Shown here: piece by piece, positions 1 to 10,051 of the stretch
Numbering within the stretch: position 1 is the first letter of the stretch
Layout of the letters: each line of letters opens with the position of its first letter
Notes under the pieces: model-generated
Seen by the model: the letters and a program-made list of their open reading frames with translations, nothing else
The model's database searches: none
Told to the model about the DNA's origin: nothing
NCBI GenBank assembly: GCA_044222475.1
Contig: JBGANF010000030.1
Span: forward strand, 1-64,000
Source of the DNA: Polyangiaceae bacterium
GTDB taxonomy: Bacteria > Myxococcota_A > Polyangia > Polyangiales > Polyangiaceae
Direction: 5' to 3'
DNA: 64,000 bases
Program-made: the position numbers and the translations under genes

Positions 1-1141
1 GCCGTGGTCGCCGCCCTCGAACGACGGCGGCACCGACGGCGGTGACGACGGCGGCACCGATGGAGGCATCGAGCGCCCGCGCGCCGCGCAGGTCTTCGCA
101 CCCGACGGCCTCGTCGCGCCGCTTCCGGTGTTCGTTCCCATCACGTTCGACGGAGACTACGCGCGCAACGAGGTCGAAGACTTCGTCGCGTCGGTCGGTT
201 GCACCCCGTACTGGCGCGCGATCGCGAACGAGTACGGCATCGCCGACGGCATCACCGGCACGCCGATCCACTTGAGCGAGGCCGCGCCGGCGACGATCTC
301 CGACTCGCAAATCCGGACGTGGCTCGCGAAGAAGATCCAGAGCGATCCGCTGTTCCCGAAGCCGAGCGTCAACGTCGTCTACGCGATCTTCTACCCCGAC
401 GGAACCGAAGTGACGGCGTTCGGCGGCCGAAGCTGCTCCAACTTCGGCGGCTACCACGGATCGATGAACGTCGGCGGCAAGGCGGCGCCTTACGCGGTCA
501 TGCCACGTTGCGGAGCCAGCATCGACACGCTGACGAACGTGACGAGCCACGAGCTCATCGAGTACGCGACCGACCCCGTCCCTCCCAGCGGCTACACGAG
601 CGTCGGCGATCCCGATCTCGCATGGGGCATCTTCGGCTCGAGCGAGGTCGGCGACATGTGCCAGTACGGCCCGCAGGCGAGCTTCACGCCGAACGGCTAT
701 CCGTTCGTCGTTCAGCGCTCGTGGTCGAACAAGGCGGCGTGGAACCGCGACGACCCGTGCGTTCCGGCGATCGCGCCGGTGTACTTCGTGGCTGCGCCCG
801 TCGTGAGCGACACGGTGACGATGAACTGGTACGGCGTGCCCACGCAGACGCGCGGCGTGAAGCTCGCGGTCGGGCAGACGCGCACGATCGACGTCGTGTT
901 GATGGCGAACGGAAGCACCGCGGCGTGGACGGTTCAGGCGAACGATCTCTCGCCGTCGCTGGGCGGCGGAGCGACGGTGAAGCTCACCCTCGACAAGACG
1001 ACCGGCGTCGCCGGGGACGTGCTGAAGCTCACGATCGAGCGAGTCGGTACGAACAGCGGCACTGGAGTCGCGCCGTTCGTGATCCGCTCGTCGCAAAAAG
1101 GCGGGACGAACCACAGCTGGTACGCGGTGGTCGGAGACTGA
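1..1141 (+). CDS. Secreted/lipoprotein of unknown function, 5'-truncated; HELIE zincin-like motif
   Basis: Frame is open from position 2 (PWSPPSNDGGTDGG linker) to TGA at 1141; contains 'GGYH', 'TSHELIEYATDP' and 'EVGDMC' motifs typical of myxobacterial exported proteins. Confidence 0.7.
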   Translation, partial: PWSPPSNDGGTDGGDDGGTDGGIERPRAAQVFAPDGLVAPLPVFVPITFDGDYARNEVEDFVASVGCTPYWRAIANEYGIADGITGTPIHLSEAAPATISDSQIRTWLAKKIQSDPLFPKPSVNVVYAIFYPDGTEVTAFGGRSCSNFGGYHGSMNVGGKAAPYAVMPRCGASIDTLTNVTSHELIEYATDPVPPSGYTSVGDPDLAWGIFGSSEVGDMCQYGPQASFTPNGYPFVVQRSWSNKAAWNRDDPCVPAIAPVYFVAAPVVSDTVTMNWYGVPTQTRGVKLAVGQTRTIDVVLMANGSTAAWTVQANDLSPSLGGGATVKLTLDKTTGVAGDVLKLTIERVGTNSGTGVAPFVIRSSQKGGTNHSWYAVVGD

Positions 1142-1152
1142 GCGCGCTCGCG

Positions 1153-2559
1153 TTGGCCACCGATCAGGAAACCCTGCGCGCGTGGTGTGACGCCCACGAC
1201 ACCGCGTCCCTTCGAGCCATCGCGCGCGCCGCTCCGAAGCTCGCGCGGATGCGCGGTCCACTCGCACCGTGGGCCGCGCTCGCGCTCGCTCGTCTCGCGC
1301 AAGCGCGATCGGTTCCGCAGGTGCCGAAGCTGCTGCGCGCAGCGCTCGCGACCTCGACCGACCTCGGGCCGCGCATCGCCCTCGCGCTCGTCCCCCACGC
1401 GCGCGACGCCGCCGACGCGGCCGCGCTCCTCGCGCGGGCAGAGACGAGCACCGACGCGAGCATCGTCGTCGAGGCCTCGTTGCATCGTGCACGCATCGCG
1501 CAACGCGCGGGACAGCTGGAAGCGGCGCGCGCGATCGTCGCGCGCCTCCACGACGCACGGGTGACGCCGCGCGTCCGGGCCGGCATCGACGTCGTCGAGG
1601 GCATCCAGCTCCTCGCCGAGGGAAAACGCACGGCCGCGCACGAGCGACTCATGCGCGCGTTTCGTTGGGCCGCAGGGAACGGCGCCGACTTCGAGGCGAG
1701 CGAGATCGCGGGCATGCTGGGGAACGGCTTCCACGATCTCGGCGAGCTCGCTGCCGCGACGCGCTGGTACGACGGCGCGATTCGCCATGCGCGCATCGCC
1801 GAGAGCGACCTCACCGTCGGGATCTTCTCGCTCTACGCCGGTTGGGTCCTGCACGAACGCGGACGCATCGCCCCTGCGCGAGCCTGCTATCGACGCGCAC
1901 GGAGAGTGCTCGCCGAGCCCGACGTGCGGCGCTTTCGCTGCCACGCCGAAGCGCTGCTCGCGCTCGCGCAGCGCGGGCCTGCCGTCGAGCGCCGCGTGAC
2001 CCTCGCGAAGCAGGCAACGGAGCTCACGTCGCTCGGCGATCACGCGCGGGCGAATGCGATCGCGATCCTCGGCGTCGTGCTCGATGCCGAAGAGATCGCG
2101 CAGGCGAAGGCGCCGGCCCTCCTCGTGCTGCGCGCCGCCAAGGCGCTCGAGCGCGCGCCGACCTCGGACGACGAACGCATCGCGCATCGCATGGCGCGCC
2201 GTGCGCTCGTTCGCGCCACTCCGAAGCGCCGCGCCGATCTCGTGATCGCCACCGACGGCACCTGGTTCCGCGTCGGTGCGCGGGCAGCGTCGCTCGCGAA
2301 GTACCCTACGCAAGCGCGGCTGCTCGTCGCCCTCGTGCTCGCGTCGCTCGAGCAGCGGCGCGTTGGCAGCGACGAGCTCATCGCGGTCGGCTGGCCCGGC
2401 GAGCGCATGCGCGCGGATGCCGCGATGCATCGCCTCCATGTCGCGCTCTCCACGTTGCGGTCACGCGGGCTCGGCCCACGCCTCGTGCGCGACGCGCACG
2501 GATACGCCATCGTCGCGCGCTCGATTGCGATCGACGTCCGTACGATTGAGCGCGATTGA
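1153..2559 (+). CDS. TPR-containing putative transcriptional regulator with C-terminal winged helix
   Basis: Ala/Arg helical repeats then 'LIAVGWPGERMRADAAMHRLHVALSTLRSRGL' (Trans_reg_C-like); TTG start at 1153 is inferred. Confidence 0.65.
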   Translation: MATDQETLRAWCDAHDTASLRAIARAAPKLARMRGPLAPWAALALARLAQARSVPQVPKLLRAALATSTDLGPRIALALVPHARDAADAAALLARAETSTDASIVVEASLHRARIAQRAGQLEAARAIVARLHDARVTPRVRAGIDVVEGIQLLAEGKRTAAHERLMRAFRWAAGNGADFEASEIAGMLGNGFHDLGELAAATRWYDGAIRHARIAESDLTVGIFSLYAGWVLHERGRIAPARACYRRARRVLAEPDVRRFRCHAEALLALAQRGPAVERRVTLAKQATELTSLGDHARANAIAILGVVLDAEEIAQAKAPALLVLRAAKALERAPTSDDERIAHRMARRALVRATPKRRADLVIATDGTWFRVGARAASLAKYPTQARLLVALVLASLEQRRVGSDELIAVGWPGERMRADAAMHRLHVALSTLRSRGLGPRLVRDAHGYAIVARSIAIDVRTIERD

Positions 2560-2595
2560 GCGGCGACCTCCGCCGCCGGTGGTACGCCGTGGGGC

Positions 2596-3078
2596 ATGAA
2601 ACGAATGGCTTCTCTACTGACGCTCGCTTGTGCCGCATGCTCGTCCTGGACGACCGCTCCACCGAAGGCGGCCGTCGTCGATCGCTCGGGAGCGCTACCT
2701 GCCGAGGTCGGCCGCGTGTGCGTCGCTCGCACGTCGGACCTCGCGCGCGCCGTCGCTTTCCCCACCTGGGACAACGGCACGCTGGTGGGCGCCACGAAGG
2801 GACCGACGCACTTCTGCTACCTCGCGGCGCCGGGGCCGCATCGGCTCACGATGAAGGGCGACAACGACGCCGACGCGTCGGTCGTCGTCGAGGGCGGGCA
2901 CGACTACGTGCTCTTGCAGGAGGTCGACTACGTCTTCGGCATCGTGAACGTGCGGCCGACGTGGGTCGGCCCCGAGCGCGCGGAGAGCGTGCTCGCGAAG
3001 TCGGACTACGAGGTGCTCGACGGAGTGCCGGGCGATCAGAAGCTGCCGGATCCGGTGGCGATCGTACCGGCGCGCTGA
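2596..3078 (+). CDS. Lipoprotein, DUF2846-like
   Basis: Lipobox 'LACAAC'; 'DNGTLVGATKGPTHFCYLAAPGPHRL' beta fold. Confidence 0.6.
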   Translation: MKRMASLLTLACAACSSWTTAPPKAAVVDRSGALPAEVGRVCVARTSDLARAVAFPTWDNGTLVGATKGPTHFCYLAAPGPHRLTMKGDNDADASVVVEGGHDYVLLQEVDYVFGIVNVRPTWVGPERAESVLAKSDYEVLDGVPGDQKLPDPVAIVPAR

Positions 3079-3108
3079 GCCAGGGCTTCCGCGATACAGT
3101 TCGTCTCC

Positions 3109-3675
3109 GTGACGAAGAACGCAGCCGAGCTCGCCCTCGAGGAAGCTTCTCGGGCGCTGTCCGAGCGCAGGTTCGCCGACGCCATCCCGTTGGCCGAGGC
3201 GGCGCTCGTGGGCCCTCTCGACCGCAACGTGCCACCCTCGGAGCGAGGCGAGCGCTACGATCTCCCCGAGCGGTCGTTGGCGCACCACATCCTCGGAACG
3301 GCGCACCTCGAGCTCGGGGATCGCAAGCGCGCGATCGCCGAGCTCGACAAGGCTCTGAACGCCGACGGGACGAGGTGGTTCAGCTACTCCAATCGTGCGA
3401 TCGCTCGCCGCGACGAGGGAGACCTCGAAGGCGCGCTCGAAGACTTTGGTCGCGCGCTGAAGCGCACCTCGCGCTACCCGCACGCGCTCTACAACCGAGC
3501 GAGGTTGTTCGTTCGGCTCGGTCGCCTCGCGGACGCCGAGGAGGACTTCGTCGCCATCCTGCGCATCGACCCGAAGGCCGAGCCGACGCGCACCGAGTGG
3601 GCCGCCGTCCGCGAGACGCTGGGCCTCGCCCACGACGATCCCGCGCTGGCCGCGCGCCTCGCCGAGCGCGCGTGA
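3109..3675 (+). CDS. Tetratricopeptide repeat protein
   Basis: Repeated TPR motifs (YSNRAIARRDEGDLEGALEDFGRAL; LYNRARLFVRLGRLADAEEDF). Confidence 0.8.
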   Translation: MTKNAAELALEEASRALSERRFADAIPLAEAALVGPLDRNVPPSERGERYDLPERSLAHHILGTAHLELGDRKRAIAELDKALNADGTRWFSYSNRAIARRDEGDLEGALEDFGRALKRTSRYPHALYNRARLFVRLGRLADAEEDFVAILRIDPKAEPTRTEWAAVRETLGLAHDDPALAARLAERA

Positions 3676-3750
3676 CCGTTCGGCATGGGTAATTCTTCGC
3701 TCCGTGCTCGCCGCAGTTGAAACGGCCATTGCTGCGGGCAAGATGAGCGA

Positions 3751-5112
3751 GTGAGGCTCGCAACGTCTTCGGTGTTCGCGCTTGCGTTCGTCGCGTCGTG
3801 CGGCGGGAACGTCACGCCGCCGCCCGAGCCGCTCGACGTGATCGGTCTTCGCCTCGAGCAGAACGAGGTGTGCATCGGCGGGGACTCACGCACCGCCGTC
3901 ACCGTTCACGTGTCGCGCGGCACCGCCCCGCGGAAGGACGTGACGGTCACCGTCGACTCCGATCCCGATCAGATGCTCGTCGAGCCGCTCGTGATCCCTG
4001 CCGACCGGGACGACGGCGAGCTCGGCATCGTGACGGGAGCACCGATCAAGACGGGTACGTTCACCCTCCACGTGCACGCGGGAACGTTCTCGACCTCGCT
4101 CGACGTGATCGTCGGACCGCAGGTTGGAGCGGTCGACGAATCGTTCGGCGAGGGGGGATACGTCACGCTCCCGGCCGAAAACACGCTAAGCGCCCGCGTG
4201 GCGGCGCACGGCACGGGGGTGCTCGTGCTCGTGCCTTCGTCGGGCTCCCCCTCGATCCTCCGTCGGTTCGACGAGCGAGGGGCACCTGACCTCGCGTGGG
4301 GAGACAAGGGACAGCTCGCGTTGGACTTCGGCTCCGGGGGAATGCTGACGGTAGGTCCGGATCGCTCGATATGGGTGGACGCAGGCTGCGACAAGCTTCC
4401 GTGTCGATACGCCGCCGCCATTTCCGCCGACGGTTCGAGCGTGACTCTCCTCGTCGGTCCGAACCCGAACAACTACTTCGGGGTCGGTGCGCGCTGCATC
4501 GTCCCGACCTCCTCGGGCACGTTCGTCGGCGGCTACCTCGGCCCGTACGGATACGTCCTGAAGCTCGACCCGCAGTTGAAACAAGATCCCGCGTACGGCC
4601 TGGGGATCGAGCAGGGGCCCGGCATCGAGGCATGCGCGGGGATTTCTTCGACGGACATCGTCGTGGGCGACACCTCAGGACGAGCTCACGTGCTCGGAGG
4701 AACCGGCCTACCGAGAGCGACGTTCGGTTCGGGCGGCGGCGCGATTCAGGCCCTCGCGAGGGGCGCGGATGGCCGCATCTACATGACACGCTCCGAAACG
4801 CTGCCCGAGCTCTCCGTCGCGATGGGCTTTCACGTCTACGAGGCGAACGGCACGCCTGTCGCGAGCGAGGACGAGATCTTTCCCGGCGCCTACGCGCGGA
4901 CCTTGATCGTGTCGCGCGCGAACGTGGCCTACATGGTGTCGGATCGCTACCGCTTGCAGAAGCGTCGCGGGACGCCGCTGCGCGCGTTGGGAAGAGCCCA
5001 CGCGTTCGAGTCGATGGCTGCCGATTCGTGTGGCCGCCTGCTCACCGCGTACGTGACGAACAAAGCCGACGGCGACCCCGTTCGCGTGGTGGTCACGCGA
5101 CTTTGGCCGTGA
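3751..5112 (+). CDS. Lipoprotein with Ig-like domain and delta-60/beta-propeller-like repeats
   Basis: Lipobox 'FVASC'; 'GAVDESFGEGG', 'GAPDLAWGDKG', 'QDPAYG' repeats. Confidence 0.65.
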   Translation: MRLATSSVFALAFVASCGGNVTPPPEPLDVIGLRLEQNEVCIGGDSRTAVTVHVSRGTAPRKDVTVTVDSDPDQMLVEPLVIPADRDDGELGIVTGAPIKTGTFTLHVHAGTFSTSLDVIVGPQVGAVDESFGEGGYVTLPAENTLSARVAAHGTGVLVLVPSSGSPSILRRFDERGAPDLAWGDKGQLALDFGSGGMLTVGPDRSIWVDAGCDKLPCRYAAAISADGSSVTLLVGPNPNNYFGVGARCIVPTSSGTFVGGYLGPYGYVLKLDPQLKQDPAYGLGIEQGPGIEACAGISSTDIVVGDTSGRAHVLGGTGLPRATFGSGGGAIQALARGADGRIYMTRSETLPELSVAMGFHVYEANGTPVASEDEIFPGAYARTLIVSRANVAYMVSDRYRLQKRRGTPLRALGRAHAFESMAADSCGRLLTAYVTNKADGDPVRVVVTRLWP

Positions 5113-5163
5113 GGGACGTCGCCGAGCGTGGCCGGCAAGCGACCAAGCCATTCCAGGCCACGA

Positions 5164-5778
5164 TCACTTCGCGCGGATCGCGATGACCTCGGGGGACCCG
5201 TCGTCGAGCACGCGAAAGACGTCTTGCGGCGTGTCCTTTCCGAAGTACGGCTGCCCCGCCGCAAGGAGAATCGGGAAGACGACCCTCAGGTTCGCATTTG
5301 CGCCCGAGCTCGCCATCGTCGTCCGCCAGAGCTCGACCACCTTCTGGCTCTTGAAGAACTCCGGGCCATCGACGGCCTCGAGTCTGGCCCAGCGGAAGAA
5401 GCTCTCGTTGGCTTCGACGTCGGGTCCACCAAAGCCGGGCGTCACGGTGTACGTGGTGGGCCGCTCCCCTATGCCGTAGTCGAGAAAGATGGCTAGCTCG
5501 GCGTCGTTCTCGTCGTCGACGAGGGTGAATCCGTGGAGCGCCAAGGCGCGATTCGTGTACGTCGAGAACTCTCTGAACTGAAGATCGCTGGGGTTGACCT
5601 TCGCGGTAGGGCGAAGAACGTACTTGGTCTTTGCCGATGCCTGCGGATCGCGCAGGCCGCTGATCTTGATGTGGTAGTCAATCCCGCCGCATCCGGTGAC
5701 GAGAAGGACACTCGCGAGCGCCCATGCCAACGGAGGTCGCACGTTGGTCGCGACCGATCGAATGCTCACCGGGCGCAT
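5164..5778 (-). CDS. Lipoprotein, DUF4136-like
   Basis: Lipobox 'LLVTGC'; 'DLQFREFSTYTNRALALHGF...AELAIFLDYGI'; start uncertain. Confidence 0.6.
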   Translation of the reverse strand: MRPVSIRSVATNVRPPLAWALASVLLVTGCGGIDYHIKISGLRDPQASAKTKYVLRPTAKVNPSDLQFREFSTYTNRALALHGFTLVDDENDAELAIFLDYGIGERPTTYTVTPGFGGPDVEANESFFRWARLEAVDGPEFFKSQKVVELWRTTMASSGANANLRVVFPILLAAGQPYFGKDTPQDVFRVLDDGSPEVIAIRAK

Positions 5779-5826
5779 GACAATCGCGGAGCGTAGATCA
5801 TTCGAGGCCGAGATCAAGGCACGGAC

Positions 5827-5954
5827 GGCCGCATCTACATGACACGCCCCGAAACACAGCCGCGCTCTCTGTCGCGATGGCGTTCACGTCCACGAGGCGA
5901 ACAAAGCCGACGGCGACCCCGTTCGCGTGGTGGTCACGCGACTTTGGCCGTGAG
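5827..5954 (+). repeat. Partial duplicate of the 3' part of CDS 3751-5112
   Basis: 5898-5954 is identical to 5057-5113 (57 bp); 5827-5902 is a degenerate copy of 4771-4848. Confidence 0.85.
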
Positions 5955-5964
5955 CGCGGTGAGG

Positions 5965-8900
5965 CTATGCGCTCGCGACCCTCGCGTAGAGCGCAAAGAC
6001 GGCGTCGACGTCGACCGGCTTGGTGAGGTGGCCATCGAAGCCAGACTTGCGGGTCGCCTCGCGATCGGAGTCCTGCCCGAAACCCGTGAGCGCGAAGACG
6101 ATGAAGTCCTTGCCGTTCGGCAGGGCGCGCAGTCGTCGACACACCTCGTGCCCATCCATGCCGGGAAGCCCGATGTCGAGGAGAACGAGGTCCGGCGGCG
6201 GTCGGTTCGCGAGAAGCGAGAGAGCTTCCTCACCGTGGGCCGCAACGCTGACCTCGGCCCCCTCCAGCTCCAGGAGCTTGCTCATCGCTTCGCGGCTGCC
6301 TTCGTCGTCATCGACGACGACGACCGTCCGCGGAACGACGGACGGTGTCGCGTCCGGCCTCGATGGCGCAGCCATCGCCTTCACATCGCGTGCGTCGAGC
6401 GGAATTCGCACTCGGAACTCCGCGCCCGTGCCGAGCCCCTTGCTGGCGACGCTGACGCTTCCGCCGTGTAGCTCCGCCACGCGCCGCACCAGCGCGAGGC
6501 CCACCCCCAAGCCGCGCTCCGTACCACGCGATCCAGGCGCATGGCCTTGCACGAACAAGTCGAAGATGCGTTCGAGCATGTCGGGGGCAATCCCCTCGCC
6601 AGAGTCCGCCACCGAGATCTCTGCCCAGCCATTTTGGTGTCGCAACGCGAAGACCGCGTGGCCACCTCGCGGCGTGTGCCTCGCGGCGTTCGTCAGCAGA
6701 TTGACCTCCAGCTGATGCAGCCGCGTCGCATCGCCGACGAGCGGGAGCGTGTCACAGAAGTCCGTCGTCAACGTGATCCCTCGCTCGGCGAAGAGCGCCG
6801 CGACCTCGTCGACGACTCCTTTCGCGTGAGTCACCAGGTCGAGCGGCGTCCGCTCGAGAGTCAGCTTGTCTTGCGTGAGTCGCGCGACGTCGAGCAGATC
6901 GTCGACGAGCCGCGACATGTGAAGCGAACGCTCTAGAATGACGCCGTTCCAGCGGGCGATCTCGTCTCCATCCAGCGACCCGCGCGTCACGACGCGGGCC
7001 GCGTTCACGATCGCCGCGAGTGGGTTCCGGAGCTCGTGGGAGAGCGTGGCAAGGAATCGATCGCGACGGGACGTCGCGTCGCGCGCCTCGGTTTCCGCTC
7101 GCTTGAGGGTCGTCACGTCCGTCTGGATTCCTCCGATCCCCAGAATGGACCCGCTGGAGTCTCGCATCGGGAAACGAACCGAGAGGTACGTTCGCGGGCC
7201 CGAGGGCGTCGGAATCGTCTCCTCGGTCTCGATGGTCACCCCCTCCTCGACGATGCTCGCATCGTGGCGAGTCAGCATGGCCGCCACGTCGACGGAGAAG
7301 ATCTGCTCGGGCTTGAGGCCCGTCGGGTCCCGACTCGCCAGGCGGCGAAAGCTCTCGTCCGTGACGACGTAGCGACCCTCGCGGTCCCGAACGAAGACCG
7401 GATGGGGCGAGTTCATGAGAATGTTGGAGAGAAGGTCGGACTTGCTCCGCGCGTCCGCCTCGAGCCGTTTCATGGCCGTGATGTCGATGAACGTCAGAAC
7501 GACGCCATCGAGCAGCGCGTCGCGCCGGTACGGCAGGATGCGAATCAGCGCCCACGCGTCGTCGTCATCCCGGACCTGGGCCTCGATCGGCTCGCCAGTC
7601 GTGAGGACGCGGTGAAGGTCGTCGTGGAGCTCGGGACGCTTGAACGTGTGGTTGAAGGCGCTGATCGGCCTTCCCACGTCCGAGGCGACGAGGTGAAAGA
7701 CCTTTGCCATCCTCGGAGTGAACCGCCGGATGCGCAGCTCCTTGTCCAAGAAGAGCGTGTGAACGTCCGTGTTCGCGAGCAACAAGTCCATGTCCAGCGT
7801 GAGCTGCGTGAGCTCGCTCATCTTGTTCTGGAACTCGGTGTTGACGGTGAAGAGCTCCTGGTTCACGGAGTGGAGCTCCTCGTTCGTCGTCTGAAGCTCT
7901 TCGTTCGACGCCATCAACTCTTCGTTGGTCGCCTGCAACTCTTCGTTGGCGACCTCCAACGCTTCGATCGTCGCCTGAAGGCTGTCTTTGGCGTGGCGGA
8001 GCTCCGCCTGAAGACTGCGCACTTGATTCCGCTCGACCTCGGCGACGGGCGCATTCATCGAGGAGGGGGCGTCGTCGTGCGGCGCCGGGCGTTGGGTCTC
8101 GAGCGTCACGAGGGCGTAGACCTCGCCCGATCGCGCATTCGTGACGCGTCGAACGGAGATGTCGAGCAGCGTGTCCGGGGAGGTGCCCGTGCGGAGGTCT
8201 CGATAGCGAACGGGTTCCGTCTCGGTGAAGACGCGGCTGAGCGCGCCGCCGAGCGCCCCGCGCAAGTCGGAGCTGATCATCTCCAGGACGTCGTCCGTCG
8301 CACGCCCCTCCGGGACGTGGAGGAAGCGGCTGGCGCCGCCGAACGTCTGGACGAGGTTTCGGTGGCTACCCACGAGGAGCGCCGCCGGCATGACTGCGTC
8401 GAGAACGCCGTGGTAGGCGCCGAGAAGGGTCGGATCGATCGCCCGCGTCGGCGTACCCGGCCCGAGCATGCGTGCGCGCAAGACCGGCCCGTGCGCGGGC
8501 GGCATGAAGGCCGGGAGCCGCGCGTCGCCCCTACGACGAAAGATCTTCCAGTGGGTGTCGAGAGTCTCGAATGCCTCGCCGCTTTCGGCGAGCGACTCGC
8601 TCGGGCCGAGGAACAGGAGCCCGCCTGGCCTCAGCGCGAAGTGGAACGTGGAGAGCACGCGTTTCTGCGCGGAAGGCTCGAGGTAGATGAGGAGGTTCCG
8701 GCACGAGATGAAATCGAGCCGGTTGAAGGGTACGTCCTGCGCGACGTTGTGCGGCGCGAACACGACCATGGCCCGTAGCGTCGTCGACACCTGGTACGTC
8801 CCGTCATCGCGCTTCACGAAGAACCGCTCACGCCGCGTCGCTCCCAGGTCCGCGATCGCCCGCTCGTCGAAGAGCCCCAGCGCCGCGTGCCGGAGCGCGT

Positions 8901-9942
8901 CCCGGTGAATGTCGGTGGCGAAGATCTTCACCGGGTTCGATCGCCCGAGCGCCTCCAGCGACTCGCGCACGATCATCGCGACCGAGTAGGCCTCTTCGCC
9001 GGTCGCGCAGCCGGCGACCCAAGCGCGAAACTCCTCTTCCGGAGGCAGGCGCTTCAGCAGGTCCGGAAGCCAGACGGCAGAGAGGCGAGCGAATGCCTCT
9101 CCGTCCCGAAAGAACTGCGTCACTCCGATGAGGAGCTCGCGATAGAGGACGTCGAGCTCGGCAGGGTCGGCGGAAAGGATGGAGTAGTATTCGTTCGTGT
9201 CCGCAGCGCCCACCGCGCGCATGCGTCGCTCGGTCCGGCGCGCGAGCGTGGGGACTTTGTAGGCCCGAAAATCGGCGCCGTACGTCTCCCGCAGCAGCGA
9301 CAGGATCTTGTCGAGGTGGAGCGCCGGTAGGTGCGGCCCATCCGTGACGCCCACGGCGTCTTGGAAGACGAGCGACAGCAGCATGGGCGGCATCTGCTCG
9401 GGAGAGAGCGTCATGTCGACGTGGCCGGTGGCGAGCGCCGCCCTCGGCATCCCATCGAACTGCGCCGAAGCAGGCTCCTGGGCGAGCACGAACCCGCCGA
9501 CCTTCTTGATTTCGGCGATGCCCTCCGCGCCGTCGCTGCCGGTTCCCGAAAGGATGATGGCTGCAGACTTCTTGTTGGGCGCGTTTGCGGCCAGCTCGCG
9601 AAAGAACACGTCGATCGGGTGTACGTTGCTCGACCCGACGTCGCGATCCGTTGCGGTGAGGCGTCCGTCGCGGATACCGAGGACCTTGCCCGGCGGGTTC
9701 ACGTAGACGTGGTTCGGAGCGACGAGCATCCCGTCGACGGCCACCTGAACCGGCATGGTCGTGTGCCGGCGCAGGATCTCGTCCATGAGACTCTTGAAGT
9801 CGGGGGAGAGGTGCTGGACGACGACGAACGCGAGCCCGCTGTCGCCAGGCATCCGGTCGAAGAACTGCTCGATGGCCTCGACACCACCCGCGGATGCTCC
9901 GATGCCGACGGTGAGCGCGGGTTGGAGCGGGCTTGCGTCCAT
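5965..9942 (-). CDS. CheB-CheR fusion hybrid histidine kinase (CheB, CheR, coiled coil, PAS, HisKA, HATPase, REC)
   Basis: 'GIGASAGG', 'VQHLSPD', 'ILSGTGSDG'; 'WVAGCATGEEAYS', 'ISCRNLLIY'; 'NEELQ' repeats; 'SHELRNPL'; C-terminal receiver 'LLDIGLPGMDG'. Confidence 0.92.
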   Translation of the reverse strand: MDASPLQPALTVGIGASAGGVEAIEQFFDRMPGDSGLAFVVVQHLSPDFKSLMDEILRRHTTMPVQVAVDGMLVAPNHVYVNPPGKVLGIRDGRLTATDRDVGSSNVHPIDVFFRELAANAPNKKSAAIILSGTGSDGAEGIAEIKKVGGFVLAQEPASAQFDGMPRAALATGHVDMTLSPEQMPPMLLSLVFQDAVGVTDGPHLPALHLDKILSLLRETYGADFRAYKVPTLARRTERRMRAVGAADTNEYYSILSADPAELDVLYRELLIGVTQFFRDGEAFARLSAVWLPDLLKRLPPEEEFRAWVAGCATGEEAYSVAMIVRESLEALGRSNPVKIFATDIHRDALRHAALGLFDERAIADLGATRRERFFVKRDDGTYQVSTTLRAMVVFAPHNVAQDVPFNRLDFISCRNLLIYLEPSAQKRVLSTFHFALRPGGLLFLGPSESLAESGEAFETLDTHWKIFRRRGDARLPAFMPPAHGPVLRARMLGPGTPTRAIDPTLLGAYHGVLDAVMPAALLVGSHRNLVQTFGGASRFLHVPEGRATDDVLEMISSDLRGALGGALSRVFTETEPVRYRDLRTGTSPDTLLDISVRRVTNARSGEVYALVTLETQRPAPHDDAPSSMNAPVAEVERNQVRSLQAELRHAKDSLQATIEALEVANEELQATNEELMASNEELQTTNEELHSVNQELFTVNTEFQNKMSELTQLTLDMDLLLANTDVHTLFLDKELRIRRFTPRMAKVFHLVASDVGRPISAFNHTFKRPELHDDLHRVLTTGEPIEAQVRDDDDAWALIRILPYRRDALLDGVVLTFIDITAMKRLEADARSKSDLLSNILMNSPHPVFVRDREGRYVVTDESFRRLASRDPTGLKPEQIFSVDVAAMLTRHDASIVEEGVTIETEETIPTPSGPRTYLSVRFPMRDSSGSILGIGGIQTDVTTLKRAETEARDATSRRDRFLATLSHELRNPLAAIVNAARVVTRGSLDGDEIARWNGVILERSLHMSRLVDDLLDVARLTQDKLTLERTPLDLVTHAKGVVDEVAALFAERGITLTTDFCDTLPLVGDATRLHQLEVNLLTNAARHTPRGGHAVFALRHQNGWAEISVADSGEGIAPDMLERIFDLFVQGHAPGSRGTERGLGVGLALVRRVAELHGGSVSVASKGLGTGAEFRVRIPLDARDVKAMAAPSRPDATPSVVPRTVVVVDDDEGSREAMSKLLELEGAEVSVAAHGEEALSLLANRPPPDLVLLDIGLPGMDGHEVCRRLRALPNGKDFIVFALTGFGQDSDREATRKSGFDGHLTKPVDVDAVFALYARVASA

Positions 9943-10051
9943 GCGGGTGCCGTTAGCAGATCTCGTGCCGTGGGACCGAGCCCGCGGAGTGCGTCGAGCC
10001 GACGGAGGCGCCGCACCTCTTGCGCGGGAGCGCGCAAAATTCAACGACCTC

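Noticed and set aside
4771..5954. TR/VR pair of a DGR
   Set aside because: Mismatches between copies are mixed substitutions and indels, not restricted to adenines.
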